A stretch of 64,000 nucleotides of DNA from Azolla caroliniana. Its lineage: Eukaryota > Plantae > Polypodiophyta. The first letter of the stretch is position 1. Each line of letters starts with the position of its first letter. The notes under the pieces were generated by a model that was given only the letters and a program-made list of their open reading frames with translations, did not search any database and was not told the DNA's origin. Shown piece by piece: positions 37,287 through 51,423 of this stretch. Both the position numbers and the translations under genes were made by a program. The DNA is taken from the NCBI GenBank assembly GCA_043228905.1, contig JBHGNT010000008.1, positions 10,850,001 to 10,914,000 on the forward strand, given 5' to 3'.

Positions 37287-39768
37287 ATGACGATCAAAGT
37301 ATCTAGAGAACTCCACACTTGGCTCAACATGCACTGTCTAGGAGGATACCTCCACGTCCTCCACACTGCTCCACACCCTGAAGCGCAAGCAGTAGCCAAG
37401 AAGGTGCATCCAGGCACCATCACCAACAATCAGAACCACTCGATGCTTAGTTTGTAGCGTGGGGGCAAACACAATGTGGATGCTCCGCCACAACACATTC
37501 TGGAGCAATATTTAGGAGAATACTCCGCATCCGCAAAGGCCCATCGCACGCACGGAGGTTCCAATGAGTTCTTTGGAAATTTGGCTCATTTTCTTTTGGA
37601 GTATGGATGTATCACCGCCAATGCATATAGCATACCCAAGAAGAGGGTCAGCTTAATCATCACGGCATATTGAGGCGGAGCTGTCGATTGGGGTATACTC
37701 ACTGGGGAAGAAATCCTCCACAATCTGTATCACGTCCCCATGACCCGCGGCCACTCCACACCAGAGTAGAAAACAAAAAACCAAAAATCCGGTATGGGTA
37801 CGGATCACTCCTCGGTGACCCAATAGAAGCGGGATCGCAACGAACTTGCGGCCCCAAAACTCAACCCCACCAAGAAACGCCACTACAACGTCGCAGCGAG
37901 GAAAGAACAACCGTGGACTCCTCAGCCGAGGACTGGCAACTGGTAAGTGTACCAAAGAAGACAGTCGCAGTCATTAGGGCTAAACCCCTCGCTCTGACCG
38001 ATTAGATCGAACAAGGGCAACAATCACGGTTCTCAGAGGAAGAGGTAATGACCTTCAAAGACTTACTAGCCGAATCACATGAGCTTGGTGCCATTTTACA
38101 ACACGACACGACTTACGAACTCATTGATTTCCTTGCCCACCTCCAAGTCACAACCGCAGGCCGCATCGCATGGCTCAAGAACATGCCAAACAATAGATGG
38201 TGGAAAGGGCGTTGGCCAACGAAATGGAATTTGACGACGAGCCCAAGTTACAAAAAGTAGGACGGAAGAGAGCCACGAAGAAACGTCGTACACACATCGA
38301 GCTACCCGACCTCAACACGATGCTTGTCGAGGTTTACCGTGAGCTGGCAAGGACTACACGTGTAGCTAAAGATATGGCTGTTAACATCAAAGAAGCACGG
38401 AAGCAGGCCAAGACTGCCACCGAGTTGTGGCAAGCATTGGAACTCCACTTGACCACATTAGAGGCATGACTCTAGACAAACACCAAGTCTGCTTTGCTCG
38501 GCTTGCCCCTCCCACCTCCCACCCACACAAAGCTTCGACCCAAATGGAACTATGAAGTTGTGTCGAGTTGGTCAATATATCTACCCAAACAAAACCACCC
38601 ACCCAGCCCTTGCGCGATGCACGATGAAACAACCCAAACCAAGGGTGCCCACAACACGGCTGCTTTCGAAAATGTTATCCGCCGATATAAGGAAGAACTT
38701 ATCATTCAAACAACCATCGCGGACAAAGCTAAGGAAAGTTATGACACAACCAAAGTTGAGGCAACTGAAATAAAGGAGCAAGCAATAAAAAGGGAAGTCG
38801 AGCTACAAAAACTGCTCCACGACCAGATGACGAAACTCCAGGAGATAGAAAACAACACCGCATCCGCCCTCAGGACTACACAAGATATAGTGGCCACACA
38901 AATAGCATCTCTAAACAAGGAGCTCATGGAATTATAGGTGCGCTCCAGTCAGTTCCTGTAAAAATTGGACCAAACCGAGTACGAGCGATGCCAACTGGCG
39001 AACTCCCTTCACAAACATCAAATGAACTCAACATTGGAACTCGAAAGACAACGCGAGTAGTATTTGAAGGAATCAGCCGACAACACGGATAGTCTTCTCC
39101 GCTGGTTCGACCAATTAACGGACGAGACAGAGTCAAGGATCGCCGCCCTCAACACGTCGTGCGAGATCATCAACGTCAAACTACAGCGGGAGGCGGAAGA
39201 AGCTAAAAGAGAAACGATCACCCTCCAAGCCAAATACGACATGCATGAGGAATGAATCCACGCCTTGGTGGTCAAACAACAGCAAAAGCTCAACCGGAAG
39301 GTCGAAGAAACTCTTGCCAACGGCTGGAAGGAATGGTTGGCTCAAGCAGCCGAACTCCAAGTTTTATGGGCTGACGTTGAAAACTGGAAGAAAGAAGGTC
39401 AGGGGTTCTATAAAATGGACGAAAATAGCATACAAATGGTCCGAGAAGACCTCACCGAGGACTTCCAAGCCTTTGCAAAAACGCACACCACGACAATCGA
39501 AAGCCTCCTTGAGGAATTCAACAATGACCAATTGCTAATTATGCTTGAAACCAAACAGGCCTTCACGGAAATGGCATGGCAACCAGACCACAAAGAGGAA
39601 GCCCTCACCCCACCAGCAACGAGGACAGATATTGACCACGAGCTTGATTTCTCAGTCAAGCAGACCCCACAGAACGAGCTGGAACCTGCTATCTCGGTGT
39701 CTATGACGAAGGAACCAACCATGCACCTAACCTCCAAAGGCATCCTCGACATTTTGACCGAGGAATGA
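37287..39768 (+). pseudogene. Disrupted extra ORF (ORF3) of gypsy element N, ~825 codons, function unknown
   Basis: Starts MTIKVSRELHTWLNMHCLGGYL; contains GEYSASAKAHRTHGG, a coiled-coil-like middle and AELQVLWADVENWKKEG; ends ILDILTEE*. Several stops. Confidence 0.75.
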
Positions 39769-40191
39769 GTGTATCATAAAAAATTTGCGATTTTTTTTTT
39801 TTTGATTATGGTGGGTTTGACGTGCGAAGGAACTGTTCCATGGGCATGCCAGGTGTTGTCCATAGGACAGATTGGTGTTACCAGTTAGGAACATTTTCCC
39901 CTCTCACATTTGTGTCATTTCCTATTTGTCTCTCTCTCTAGCTCTCTTCCTATCGTAACCCCCTTGGGAGGGGCTGTAGCCATTCTAGGCTCCACGCCCC
40001 ACCCCGGTCCCCAATAACAACAGAAGAGAGAAGAGTAGGCCCTAGTTAGAATAGAGTACTCACGGAACGTAGAATATCTGCGCATACTTTCTGTTGTAGT
40101 TTTCGATCGTGCGCTGTGTAATCACTATTCCGTATTACATAATAAACATCTAGTTTTGGGTCAAATCTGGTCTGTGTCTTAAGTGCATTTC

Positions 40192-43100
40192 TGAAAAGAA
40201 TGACGTGCGGAAGCAATATAGGAAAACCGAACAACAGAAAACGCAGGTTTAATGGAAAGCTTAGGTCTTCACAGTACGCACAGAAGAGACAAAGAGAGAG
40301 TAACACAAGAACTTAAATTCGAAAAATAATACTCAATCTGTACATAGGATGTGCTCAGTGAGCACTTTTATACAAGCCCTGACAGTGGGCTGACACAAGT
40401 ACTGACAGTACTTGACTGCTCATAAATGAGCCTCGACACTTACTCCCAACACTATTCCTTACGAGGAATATCTTTCTAACGGCCTTTCGGTCTACACACT
40501 GATACGGCCTTTTTACGCACCGGTCTACGTACCGGTTTTATGCACCCAGTCTACGCACTGGTTACGCATCGTATTATGCACAAATGTTGAGCTTGTCTCT
40601 CAACACTCCCCCTCAAGCTCAACTTGAGGTTTCGCCTGCTCTGCCGGACCTACGCTCCAGCTTCTCCTAGCTCCACGCCTCGCATGCGCTCCTCGGCCTG
40701 TTCGACTCCGCGCGCTTCGACCCTTCTGGTTGACTTGTCTACTCCCACGGCCCTTCATAGATCCCTTGTTGTCGCGGTGTTGGCGCTTCTCCTGCTGCCT
40801 TCTTTTCCGCTTGGCCCTCAGTTGATTCAGTGTATCTGAATCAAACATTCTAACCGACTCGGCTACCTCCGATCGGTTTTCGCTCTCGTCCGAGCTCTCA
40901 TCCGAGTTGGCTGTCTCCAACTCATCTTCGGTCTTCTCGCTCTTGACGGCGTCATCTCCCCCATGCCTGGTTGGCTTTGGCTCTTTCTTTCGGCTACTCC
41001 CCTTGTGTCCGCTTTCAAACTCTTCAACGGATCCGCTCTTAGCTTCTTCAGCCGATCCAAGGTCTTTTCCGCTCCTTTCCTGCTCCCTTTCGTGGTCATC
41101 TGGGACGTTTCTCCCCCTCAAGTTCAGCACGTCGAAGTGACGCAACCCAAGCGCACCCGAAAATTGTGGCAACTTGTCCAGACCAAGAGGCTTGGTGAAG
41201 ATGTCGGCGGTCTGCCGATTCGTCGGAACATATTGAAGTTCGACTTCACCAGAAAGGACACGCTCTCGGACAAAATGGTAGTGCACCTCAATGTGCTTGG
41301 TCCGTGCATGGAAGATGGGGTTCTTCGTGAGTTAGATGCTGCTGAGGTTGTCGCAGTAGATCGTCGTTGGATCGGACACCTCCTCCTGCAGATCCTTAAG
41401 TAGCCGCTTCAACCAAATGGCTTCGCATGTTGCGACAGCCGCTCCTCTATACTCGGCTTCGGTGCTCGACAGTGCAACTGTCGGCTGCTTCTTGCTACTC
41501 CACGCTATCGCGGCACTCCCAAGAGAGAATGCATGTCCGGACGTGGATCGGCGATCAGCGACATTGCCGGCCCAGTCGACATCAGTGTAGCCGACCAACT
41601 GCGGGGCTGTATCGGTCCGATATAGTAGTCCGCGGTCCTTAGTGCCGCTTACGTACCGAAGTACGCGTTGCGCACACTGAAGGTGCTCCTCGGTAGGTCG
41701 CGCCATGAACTGACTGATCACCCCGACCGGATAACTGAGATCGGGTCGGGTGATGGTCAAGTAGATAAGGCTTCCGACAACTTATCGAAACCTTGTCGGA
41801 TCGCAAACCTTGCCGGAATTGGGGCGAAGCTTGATAGTTCTGTCCAGAGGAGTCGAGACGGACTTACAGTCTGCCATCCCGAATTTGAAGAGCATATTCA
41901 GCGCGTAATGACGTTGGCTGATTAGTATGCCTTCGGGGGTGCGGATCACTTCGATCCCGAGGAAGTAATGAAGGTTCCCTAGATCCTTCATGTTGAATGA
42001 TGCCGCAAGCTGGAGCTTCACGCGGTTGATTTCACCTAGGTCGGCGCCGGTGATGACCAAGTCATCAACATAGAGTAAAATACTGACCGGCCCGAGTCGA
42101 CCTTTCCAAATGAACAATGAGGAGTCCGATTTTGACGTCGCAAAGCCCATCCGACGTAGCCAATGCGTGATTTTCGCATTCTAGGTATGCGGGGCTTGCT
42201 TCAGTCCGTAAAGGGACTTCTTCAATCGGCATACTGCCGATGTGTTCGGTCCGGAGTGAAATCCGGGGGGCTGAACGATGTACACTTGGTCCTCAAGCTC
42301 ACCTTGTAGGAATGCATTCTTTACATCCATTTGATGTAGATGCCACCCCTTGGCAGCGGCTACTGCGAGCAAAACACGGACTGTCGTCATCTTTGCGACC
42401 GGCGCGAACGTCTCATCGTAGTCGATGCCGTGTTTTTGCGCGTAGCCTTTTGCCACTAACCGGGCCTTGTATCGGTTGACCGAGCCGTCGGTGTTGTACT
42501 TAACTTTGTACACCCACCTACATCCGATTGGCTTCACACCCTTCGGTGCGTCAACCAGGTCCCAAGTCTCGTTTTCCGCCAATGTGTGCATCTCTTCCTC
42601 CATTGCGGCGCGCCAATTCGCATCCTTCGCCGCTTCTGCGTAGCTCTCTGGCTCATGCACTTCCGCTACATGGGTCATGTACGCATAGTGATGCGCCATG
42701 TACTCGTTGTATCCGAACTGCACAACTGGGTTCTTTTGGCGAGTAGATCAGCGCAATCGGTCATTTGCCGATGTCGAGGTCTTCTCGGCCGACACGGACT
42801 TCGTTCCTGAAGGCCCGTCGCCGCTTCCCTCGAAGTCGGACTTGCGTCGGTCCGATCTGTTCCTATCCGTGCCGGAATCCGGCACCTTCTTCTTCCCTTT
42901 CTCTTCACGCGTAAGCCGTCTCCTCGACTTCCTACTCGGGGAATGCACGGCCGAGTCTCCACTACTCGCCGGCTCTTCATCGGACTGGTCGTATCGACTC
43001 AATCGTCCATTCGGTCCACTTAACTGAACCGAAATCGGACTCTCTTCGGGGGTCCCGATTTCAAGCTCAGCCGAAGGCACCTCGACCTCGCTGTCCTCAT

Positions 43101-45899
43101 CGTCAGAACTCAGATTGGAGGAGAGGTCCAGAGTCGGAGGCAAGTACCAGGACGCAGACTCATCAAACACAACGTCGCGGCTCACGCGCGGTTGTTTGGT
43201 GCGTGGGTTATAGCACTTATAACCCTTCTGCTCGTCCGAATAGCCTACCAAGATACACTTCTCGGCTTTTGCGTCCAACTTCCTCCTTTTCTCCTTCGGC
43301 ACATGTACATACGCAATGCTACCGAAAAATCGTAAGTGTCGCAAATTCGGCTTTGTTCCAAAGTATAGCTCGTGCGCTGGCAGTTTTTCTCCGATCCGGT
43401 TCTGGATGTATACAACGGTTCTTACCGCCTCGGCCCAATAGAACTTGGGCAAGCTCTTCGCCTCCAGCATTGCGCGTGCAGCTTCCTCAACAGATCGATT
43501 TTTTCTCTCGGCCACGCCGTTTTGCTCCGGCGTGTATCTACAACTGAATTCGCGCCGAATTCCCATCTGTTTTAGATAACCGTTGAATTGACCGGAAAAG
43601 TATTTTTTTCCACCATCCGACCGCAGGCACTTGATCTTTCTTCCTGTTTCCGTTTCCACGAACCCTTTGAGGTCCCGGAAGCAGTCGAAGACTTCGCTTT
43701 TCCTCTCAATGAGGTAGATCCACGTGTGCCGCGTGTAGTCGTCGATGAAGGAGACAAAATATCGGCTCCCGCCAAGACTAACGTTTTGTGCCGGCCCCCA
43801 CACATCAGAGTGTATCAAGTCTAGCTTATTCCGGCTCTGATTACGCTCGTTTGGGAAAGGAAGACGGTGTTGCTTCCCAAGCTGGCAGGCTTCACAAATT
43901 TGTGCCTTCCGGCCACTAAATTTGGGTAATCCAAACACCACTTGTTTCGATTGCAAGTCTTGAAGCCGCTGGTAGTTGACGTGGCCTATCCGTTTGTGCC
44001 ATAAGTCGATGTCCGACTCAACTTTTTGTCCCTTCGCGAACATTGCAGTGCCACCGTCAGTAGGGTCGAGGATAAACATCCTCCCATCTCTGCGCCCTTG
44101 CGCAATAATACGGTCTTCTTCCTCAATGAAGCACCCAAGATGCGTAAACCGAACCTGCATCTCCTGGTCGATGATCTGCCTGACCGACACCAGATTGTTT
44201 GTGATGGTCAGGACGTGTAACATGTTCATAAGTTTCCCTTTCTACCTGACATGGCTCAAGGGAACTTCACCGACATTCTTGATCGCATGCGGAGTGTCGT
44301 CTCCAGTTGTGACTACTCGTGGTTGCGTTGGTTTCTCAAGGTATGAGAACCATTCCTTGTGGCACGTCATGTGGTTTGACGCGCCGGAGTCGACATACCA
44401 CACCTCGTCTGATTTTGGGGTGGAATGTTTCATTGAGTTTGCTTTGTATCTCGTCACGAAGATTGACCCTTTTTCGGCTTTTCCGGATCCTTCGGCGTAG
44501 TGCGATCGCTGCCGATTTCCTTTGTCGGTATGTCCGGAACCAGACCTCTCCAACTCGGTGCGCTTCTTCCAGCACTCGCTCTCCCTGTGGCCTTTCTTGC
44601 CATAGTACTAGCATTCCGTGGCGGATTTCCCTTTCTGGTTCTCGTCGCCTCGACCCCCCCTGTTTTCGGAGGGTCCGGAATTGCTGTCGGCATCACTTCG
44701 ATGCGTTCTTCCTTGATCCCGTCGGCCGCCTCCATTGCGTACCGACTCGCCTCGTCCGCCACGACCACGGGGCCTTTCTTTCTCCCTCTGTGTACAACAT
44801 CTTGCTATCGGTGTGCGTGCTCGTCGACGCACCCGCGTGGTTCTCCTCTACCAGGAGCATCGACTGTAAGTCGAAAAAGGACGACGTATTCTCCCAGGTA
44901 CACACTGCAGTTCGGAACGCCCCGAACTTTGACGCCAAACCGCCGAGACAGACCTGGACCATCTCTCTTTCCTCGATGTTAACATCGATGGAAGCTAAGG
45001 AGTCGCATATGTCCTTAATCCTCAAGGTATAGTTAGCCACCGACAAATCGCGTTGTCGTAGGTTGCTCAACTCCTGTCGAAGCTGAAGCTTCCTGGCTGT
45101 GGTGCTCATGGCGAAAATCTTCTTTAGATTTTCCCATGCACCCTTCGGCGTTTTTGCATCCTGAACGTAGCTTAGTAGCTGATCACCCACACAAGACACG
45201 AAGCAGTATAGCACTCTGCTCGCCGATTGTTCCCACGCCGGGAAGTCTTTGTGTGTCGAATCGGGTGCTGTGTCATTTGCTCCATCGACATAGCTCCAGT
45301 AACCATGTCCGAGAAAGTACTGGTGCATCTTGTAGGACCAAGATGCGTAGTTGGTTCTGTCGAGCTTCTCCGTTGGAAGCGAGTTAGCCATTCCTCTGTC
45401 CATCGTTTTCCTTGTTCTTCTTCGTTGGTTTTTCCTTCAAGCAAAGTCAGCTGCAGAGGTTCTCAACCCTCGCACTTTGATACCATGAAAAGAATGACGT
45501 GCGGAAGCAATATAGGAAAACCGAACAACAGAAAACGCAGGTTTAATGGAAAGCTTAGGTCTTCACAGTACGCACAGAAGAGACAGAGAGAGAGTAACAC
45601 AAGAACTTAAATTTGAAAAATAATACTCAAGCTGTACATAGGATGTGCTCAGTGAGCACTTTTATACAAGCCCTGACAGTGGGCTGACACAAGTACTGAC
45701 AGTACTTGACTGTTCATAAATGAGCCTCAACACTTACTCCCAAAACTATTCCTTACAAGGAATATCTTTCTAACGACCTTTCGATCTACGCACTGATACG
45801 ACCTTTCTACGCACCGGTCTGCGTACCGGTTTTATGCACCCAGTCTACGCACTGGTTACGCATCGTATTACGCACAAATGTTGAGCTTGTCTCTCAACA
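40192..45899 (-). mobile_element. Full-length Ty1/copia element M
   Basis: 414-bp LTRs 40192-40605 and 45486-45899 (about 14 substitutions by eye), TSD ATTTC at 40187-40191 and 45900-45904, PBS at 45474-45485, PPT at 40606-40617. Complete but disrupted gag-pol at 40600-45403, closely similar to D. Confidence 0.97.
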
Positions 45900-46081
45900 A
45901 TTTCTAAATAATAACTTCTCGGATTACAATCGGGTTTTTTTTTTGCTAACCAATCATTCTGAGTACGAATCAGATTGCCGAGCAATCCCTCTCTCACCCT
46001 GACCTCCACCACGTACCACAATCCCCTGATCCGATTACCATAGGAGTAATCGAAGGTGTTGCTTCCACGAAGGAGATAACA

Positions 46082-49000
46082 AATAGCCAAGATGTCTAAC
46101 CATTTCATTTGGGCTAACAACTTGACCTTCCCATAGAAGTTGATGCCAACTATATAACGTCAAGGGTAGAAGTTTAGACTTATTGAAGGTAACATGCAAT
46201 CCGGTGGCTAATCCATACCATTTGAGGGCATCCATAATCACCCTCATATCATTTGGATTATTTTGTGACAGGAATGATGTATCATCTGCATATGCCTAAG
46301 CCACGAAATCATGTCCGTCTTTCATTTGCAAACCGTGAAGTGGACCAATTGATACTAGATGATCCATGTACAATAGTAGTGGATGCGTTGTGATTGCATA
46401 CAACAATGCATTTACGCGAAAACCTTGTTGTATTGATTTGGCTAAGCTCCATGAATCTATCAATTCGCCCTCAATAATGCATGAAGATGTGCTAGACCCA
46501 TAAAGCCAATAGATTACTTGAGACATTTTCGGACCAAATCCTAGTTTGACCATTGTGGCTGCCACAATATCCCATTGGATGGTGTTAAAGGCCTTTTCAA
46601 TGTCAATTAGCATGAGCAATATACATCTTGTTTGGTGTATTTGGCATACTCCATCCCAATATAAGCATTAGCAATATTATATGCATTTTGCCTTCGGGGA
46701 ATGAACCCATACTGGTTTACGTGTATGCCTCCCAACAAAGTGTCCTTAACACGATTAGTAATTATCTTTGCAATAAGTTTATACATCACTGGCATGAGAG
46801 TGATTGGTCGCCACTCCAAAAAAGATTCACACAATTTGTTTTTGGGTATTAATTTGACCAAACCTTCTTTCCATGAGATCAACATATCCCATTGTTGCCA
46901 AGCATTATTTGCCATAGATAGGATTAAATCCTCAAGGACATTCCAAAATCCTCAAGTCGGTTTGTAGTCCACAAACCACCACCAGTTTTGATGAATTTAA
47001 TGGATTCCTTTTGGCGTATTAGATGCAACCTTTTGAAGAAGGATTTAGAGAGCATCCTTTGTCTTTTAATGGAAACTACCTTGACCTAACTTGCCATTTT
47101 TCCAATTTATTTTTGTCATGTAGCATCAATGTGTGTTTGGCCATACAGAATTCCTCCTCAACATGTAAAGTCAAAGATATTCTATGTGCTAACTCCGTTA
47201 GGGCTTGACAAGTAAATTTGGCTTGTTGAGTGTAATCTCTCCGTCTTGAGACATACCGCTTCCCATATTCTTGTATTATTGTTTGTAATCTATGTACAAA
47301 ATGTACCCACGCTATATCAACATCTATGTTGACTTCTACATAAAGAGCAAGTATTATGTCATAGACCATCCTCTTGAAGAGTTCATGCTTGAGGTAGCTG
47401 TTGTTAATGAGCATAAGTCTCTTTTTTGGGAGATGCACTTCATAGGAATGATTCCCAAAATGAAAGTCTAGCCAAACAAGAGCATGATCTGACAACTGCA
47501 AAGCATGATCTATATGCATTGTACATGTGAAATTTTCATACTGACTAGCATGCAACAAATTCCATCTATCAAGCCTTGCATAGTATGCGGAGTGGGCGGT
47601 GTGATGAAAGGTAAAACCAAGAACATGTGGGTGTGTCATTTGCCATAAATCAACCCAATCCAATGAGCTTTGCATATTATACCATTGAACTTGTTCCTCT
47701 CTCAACATATGTGAGTGCCCACTAGTGTTATCACTTGCATTTGGAGAGTTGTTGAAATTTCCACATATAAATGCATTTTGTGGCCATGGATAAGCACAAA
47801 TGTTTTGCCAAAGTAAATCTTTGTCCCTTGAGTCATTCAGGGCATATATTCCACCAAAATCATATGTCTCGCCATTTATCATGCATTGCACAACCATCCA
47901 CCTCCCATGTTGATCATTATAGGCAATCGTAGGATTGAGCTCATGTTTTATGACCATAAGCACTCCGGATGTTGTACCTTGACCTGCATAGAAGATGTCA
48001 AAACCTCCAAATGAACCAACTTGACCACTGAATTCAACTTGTTTATGTTCTTGAACACAAATTATGTTTGTTTGAGAAGAGGTAATATAGTTCCAAAATA
48101 GTTTCCATTTACTAGGGTTACAAAGACCCCGTATATTGAAGGAGACACATTTGACTTATTTATGCATGATTAATATGGCTGAAGATATAAAACAAAGAAA
48201 AATACTAACCTGATTGCATATTAGTATCACTCCCATGCTTATTTGCATGAAGACTAATATTTGCATTTGATCCATCTTTGTAAATGTTCACATATGAGCC
48301 TCTACTCACCCTTTTCCAAGCTTCTGAGACTGAAGAGAGAATTGAAGCATTAACCTGTAAAGATAAACCTTGATTCTCAAGTGTGCACATGTAGTTCCTC
48401 ACCCCCACATGTGTCTTGCTTCTAAAGGATTTCTTAGATATTTGTCATCCTTCAGTGTTATCTTTGTCCACATCAAAGGCTTGTCTCAAATCGTGCATGT
48501 TTGATTGCACACTACCAATTTTTTGTGGAACTTTACTTTCCCTTTGTCTTGTACTCTCGGTTTCTTGATGGGTTGCATCATAGATTGGTTTGTTGCCTTT
48601 GAAGAAGAAACCTGACTATTTTCTTTCAGTGGTGCAGGTTTCAACATTGCAGTTTCTGGTGGCTGAATAGTCAGTGTTGGGCATTATGATTGCATATGAC
48701 CAAACTTGTTACATGTGTAACATGCACCTGCAATTTTGCCCCATTTCAACTTGAAAGGTCTTGCACCAATAGTTGGATCGTTCGAGTTGAGGGTGATACC
48801 TTCCAAGATCAGAACATTTATGTCCCAAAGAATGCAAAATCTATTAGAAGTACTTGTAGTTTTTGGGGGTCATACTACTCTCCCCATTCCCGCTGCAATT
48901 GTAGGTAACAAGTGATTCCAATTTCGTGGAAAGTCAAGCACTTCCACCCAACAGGACATTTGTGACGAATTAGCCCCTAATAGTCTTTTGTCAAGGACCA

Positions 49001-49490
49001 CGACAATGCATGAACCATTTGATCTCTATATGTTAAAGGAGATTCTTCAAGTAATTGTGTTTTGTACTTCGGTTATGATAGCAATACTTCGTAAAACCCT
49101 CTAGTAGCGAAATAAACTCCACTAACTGCATAGACTTTAAGCATTGCATTTATCTATTAAGCCACATCATTTGCAGAAGGCATCTTCCCAAGAAAGAAAA
49201 GAATAATAGCATTTGACGTGTACACTTTTAAGGGATTCAACAAGTCTTGTGATGGGATAGTAAATGTCTTGCTTGGCAAAGGCCCATCCCATGTCTTTCT
49301 AGCCTCTGCAAAGTCCTCGACTAGACTATCTTGAAGCCATTTTGTATCTACGGGATCTTCTATAATTTCTTTTATCTTCTTATTCCATATAGAAGATGAT
49401 TAAGCCATCCTTGACAACAATAATGTGGTAGACTTGCTACTTTGTATGTTGAAATGTAGAGAGGTCTAACAAAGGTAATGAGAGGAGCAA
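46082..49490 (-). mobile_element. L1-like LINE, 3'-truncated and degenerate (ORF1 ~49408-48200, ORF2 ~48168-46082)
   Basis: Endonuclease motifs SFNIRGL, ICVQEH, GNFN, RLDR, LSDH. RT motifs WRPITL, QYGFIP, DIEKAF, YADD, FNKS, HLGY. Confidence 0.92.
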
Positions 49491-50698
49491 ACCTGGTGTC
49501 TTAGAACTTAGGTCGAAATAGGCAGGTCCTGAATTCTGCACTCCGCTCAGATTTGAGTGTATCTGACATGCTCAATCCATCCTGAAGGCGCCAAAACTCC
49601 CAAAACGACTTAGACCTCGTCCGATTCCGACTCTGGATGAGGGAGATATGAGAGTTGAAAGGTGAACGCTATCGCTCTGTCTTTCACGTCTTGATGGTTC
49701 TTTTTTGAGTTTAGGGTACAATGTCGCTATGTCACTATCATTTGATGAGGGCCGGTTTCCGCTCGGTGCCTCGTGAATGTGAAAGAGATGGATAGACTCA
49801 CGGACACATGTGAATTTGCGTAAATACAGTAAGAGTTCAATCTTAATCTCTCTCAATCTAAAATCAAGCGTTCTATCTTATCTCAATCTCTCTTTTCTCG
49901 CTAAAGCTTGTGCTAAGTTTGAATCCTTCCGGTCCAGAACCCCGGCGGTTCCGCCTCGCGATCCGCGCGTAGTGACGGATCTTCACGACATAATTATGTG
50001 TGGAGCATAGACAGTTCAAGGTGACTTGAACTAAGCTATTGGATGAATGGGTGTGGCCTAGCTACTTGCAAAGGTTTTGCCCAAACAAAACCGGACCGGC
50101 AACAGAACCGACATCTGACATCTGGCGACCGAACCGGCATCCGGCGACTGAACGGTGACCGACATCTGGCGACTGAACGGTAACCTCCGGCTCCTCGCCG
50201 ACACCTTCCATCTCTTGGGTTTCACGTTGGTTCTTTGACGAAACTGCCCAAGTCTCCGGAGCATGTGTGGAGAAAATCCGGTCGTGATCGTTGTCGACGC
50301 CTATTGTCTTGTTCATAGTTACCTCCTCGATGTCGTCTTTAGTGGCTAGATCCTCAATTACACTAGCCTCGCACTCTTTATCTCCATTGATGCAAGCTTC
50401 GATTTGGCTTGTTTCATCATCTGTTGTTTCGAACTCGACGCATCTTCCAAAACATTCAACCTCCTTTGAAATGGCCGTCATTGTCCTCGAGTCATCATCA
50501 ATCTTCTTTTCATGTTGGATGCGTTGTTTAGGTGTCTCGACTTCTTTAGATGGTTTTGCTTTTTCTACGCTTGGTCTTACCAAGTCAATATCATGGAGCC
50601 ATCGATGACGCCTGTTGATCTTGTTGCATGCTTGCTTCACCGCAACCCAGTCCGCCACAAGGCCATTTGCTTGGGTATCATCTTCGAGGAGAGTCCCC

Positions 50699-51423
50699 TG
50701 TTGGGAGACAGGTCCCTCCGGATGGGAAGGGAGAAGAACAGTGCCGATGAACAAACTCGGCCGAGGCCGAAACCGTATGAGGTGGACCCGGCTACGGAGA
50801 GTCGGATGATGCAGACCCGGTGAAAACCGGATGAGGAGTACTCGGCTACGGAGAGCCGGATGATGCAGACCCAGTGAAAACTGGATGAGGAGTACCCGGC
50901 TACGGAGAGCCGGATGATGTAGACCCGATGAAGACCGGATGAGGAGTACCCGGCTACGGAGAACCGGATGAAGAGACATATTCGTAAATATGTTTTCTGA
51001 TAGTCCATCGCGGCTACATTTGTAAATAGCCGAAAAGTCATATTAGTATAAATATGACTTAGGGCAAACTAGTAGTTTGTTGTTGTCATTCTTGTTTGAA
51101 AAAGAATAGAGAGAGCGTGTAACTGTGTACAGAGAGAGAGAGAGAGAAAGAGGTTGTTGCCTCTGTTGTAACCGCCGCCTGTGGCGAAGATCTGTGAGCA
51201 CGAGGTCGTTGCCTCAATGAACTCACTGTTGTACATTCTTACATAGTGACAGTTTGCAGCCGGTGGGCTGCCGTGGTTTTTTCCCCTAGTTTGGGGTTTT
51301 CCACGTAAACCTCTTGTGTATATTCTTCTTCTTTGCGTCGCGTTTTATTTCCCGTTTTCTGTGTATCATTCTAAGCTCGGTTGTGGTCGAGCGTTGCGCA
51401 TAAGGAGCGTTCAGTTCTCGTCA
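50699..51423 (+). mobile_element. Solo LTR (725 bp) inserted in the gag of L
   Basis: TG...CA ends and TSD TCCCC at 50694-50698 and 51424-51428. Removing it restores the gag frame (ELGTLLEDD). TATAAAT near 51047 followed by a (GA)n tract. Confidence 0.88.
50778..50972. repeat. 54-bp tandem repeat (~3.5 copies) in U3 of the solo LTR
   Basis: GCTACGGAGA recurs at 50791, 50845, 50899 and 50953. Confidence 0.9.

Larger units (their letters stand above)
37090..46081 (+). mobile_element. 3' half of gypsy element N (extra ORF plus 3' LTR); LTR split by copia M; right end abuts LINE RT
   Basis: ORF remnants are homologous to the extra ORF of element H. LTR is 39854-40191 plus 45905-46081 with ends TGTTGTC...GATAACA. 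No gag-pol upstream; left boundary approximate. Confidence 0.75.

Noticed and set aside
50062-50979. 305-aa ORF with 18-aa repeats as a novel repeat protein
   Set aside because: A chance fusion of the antisense solo-LTR tandem array with the downstream half of the interrupted gag.
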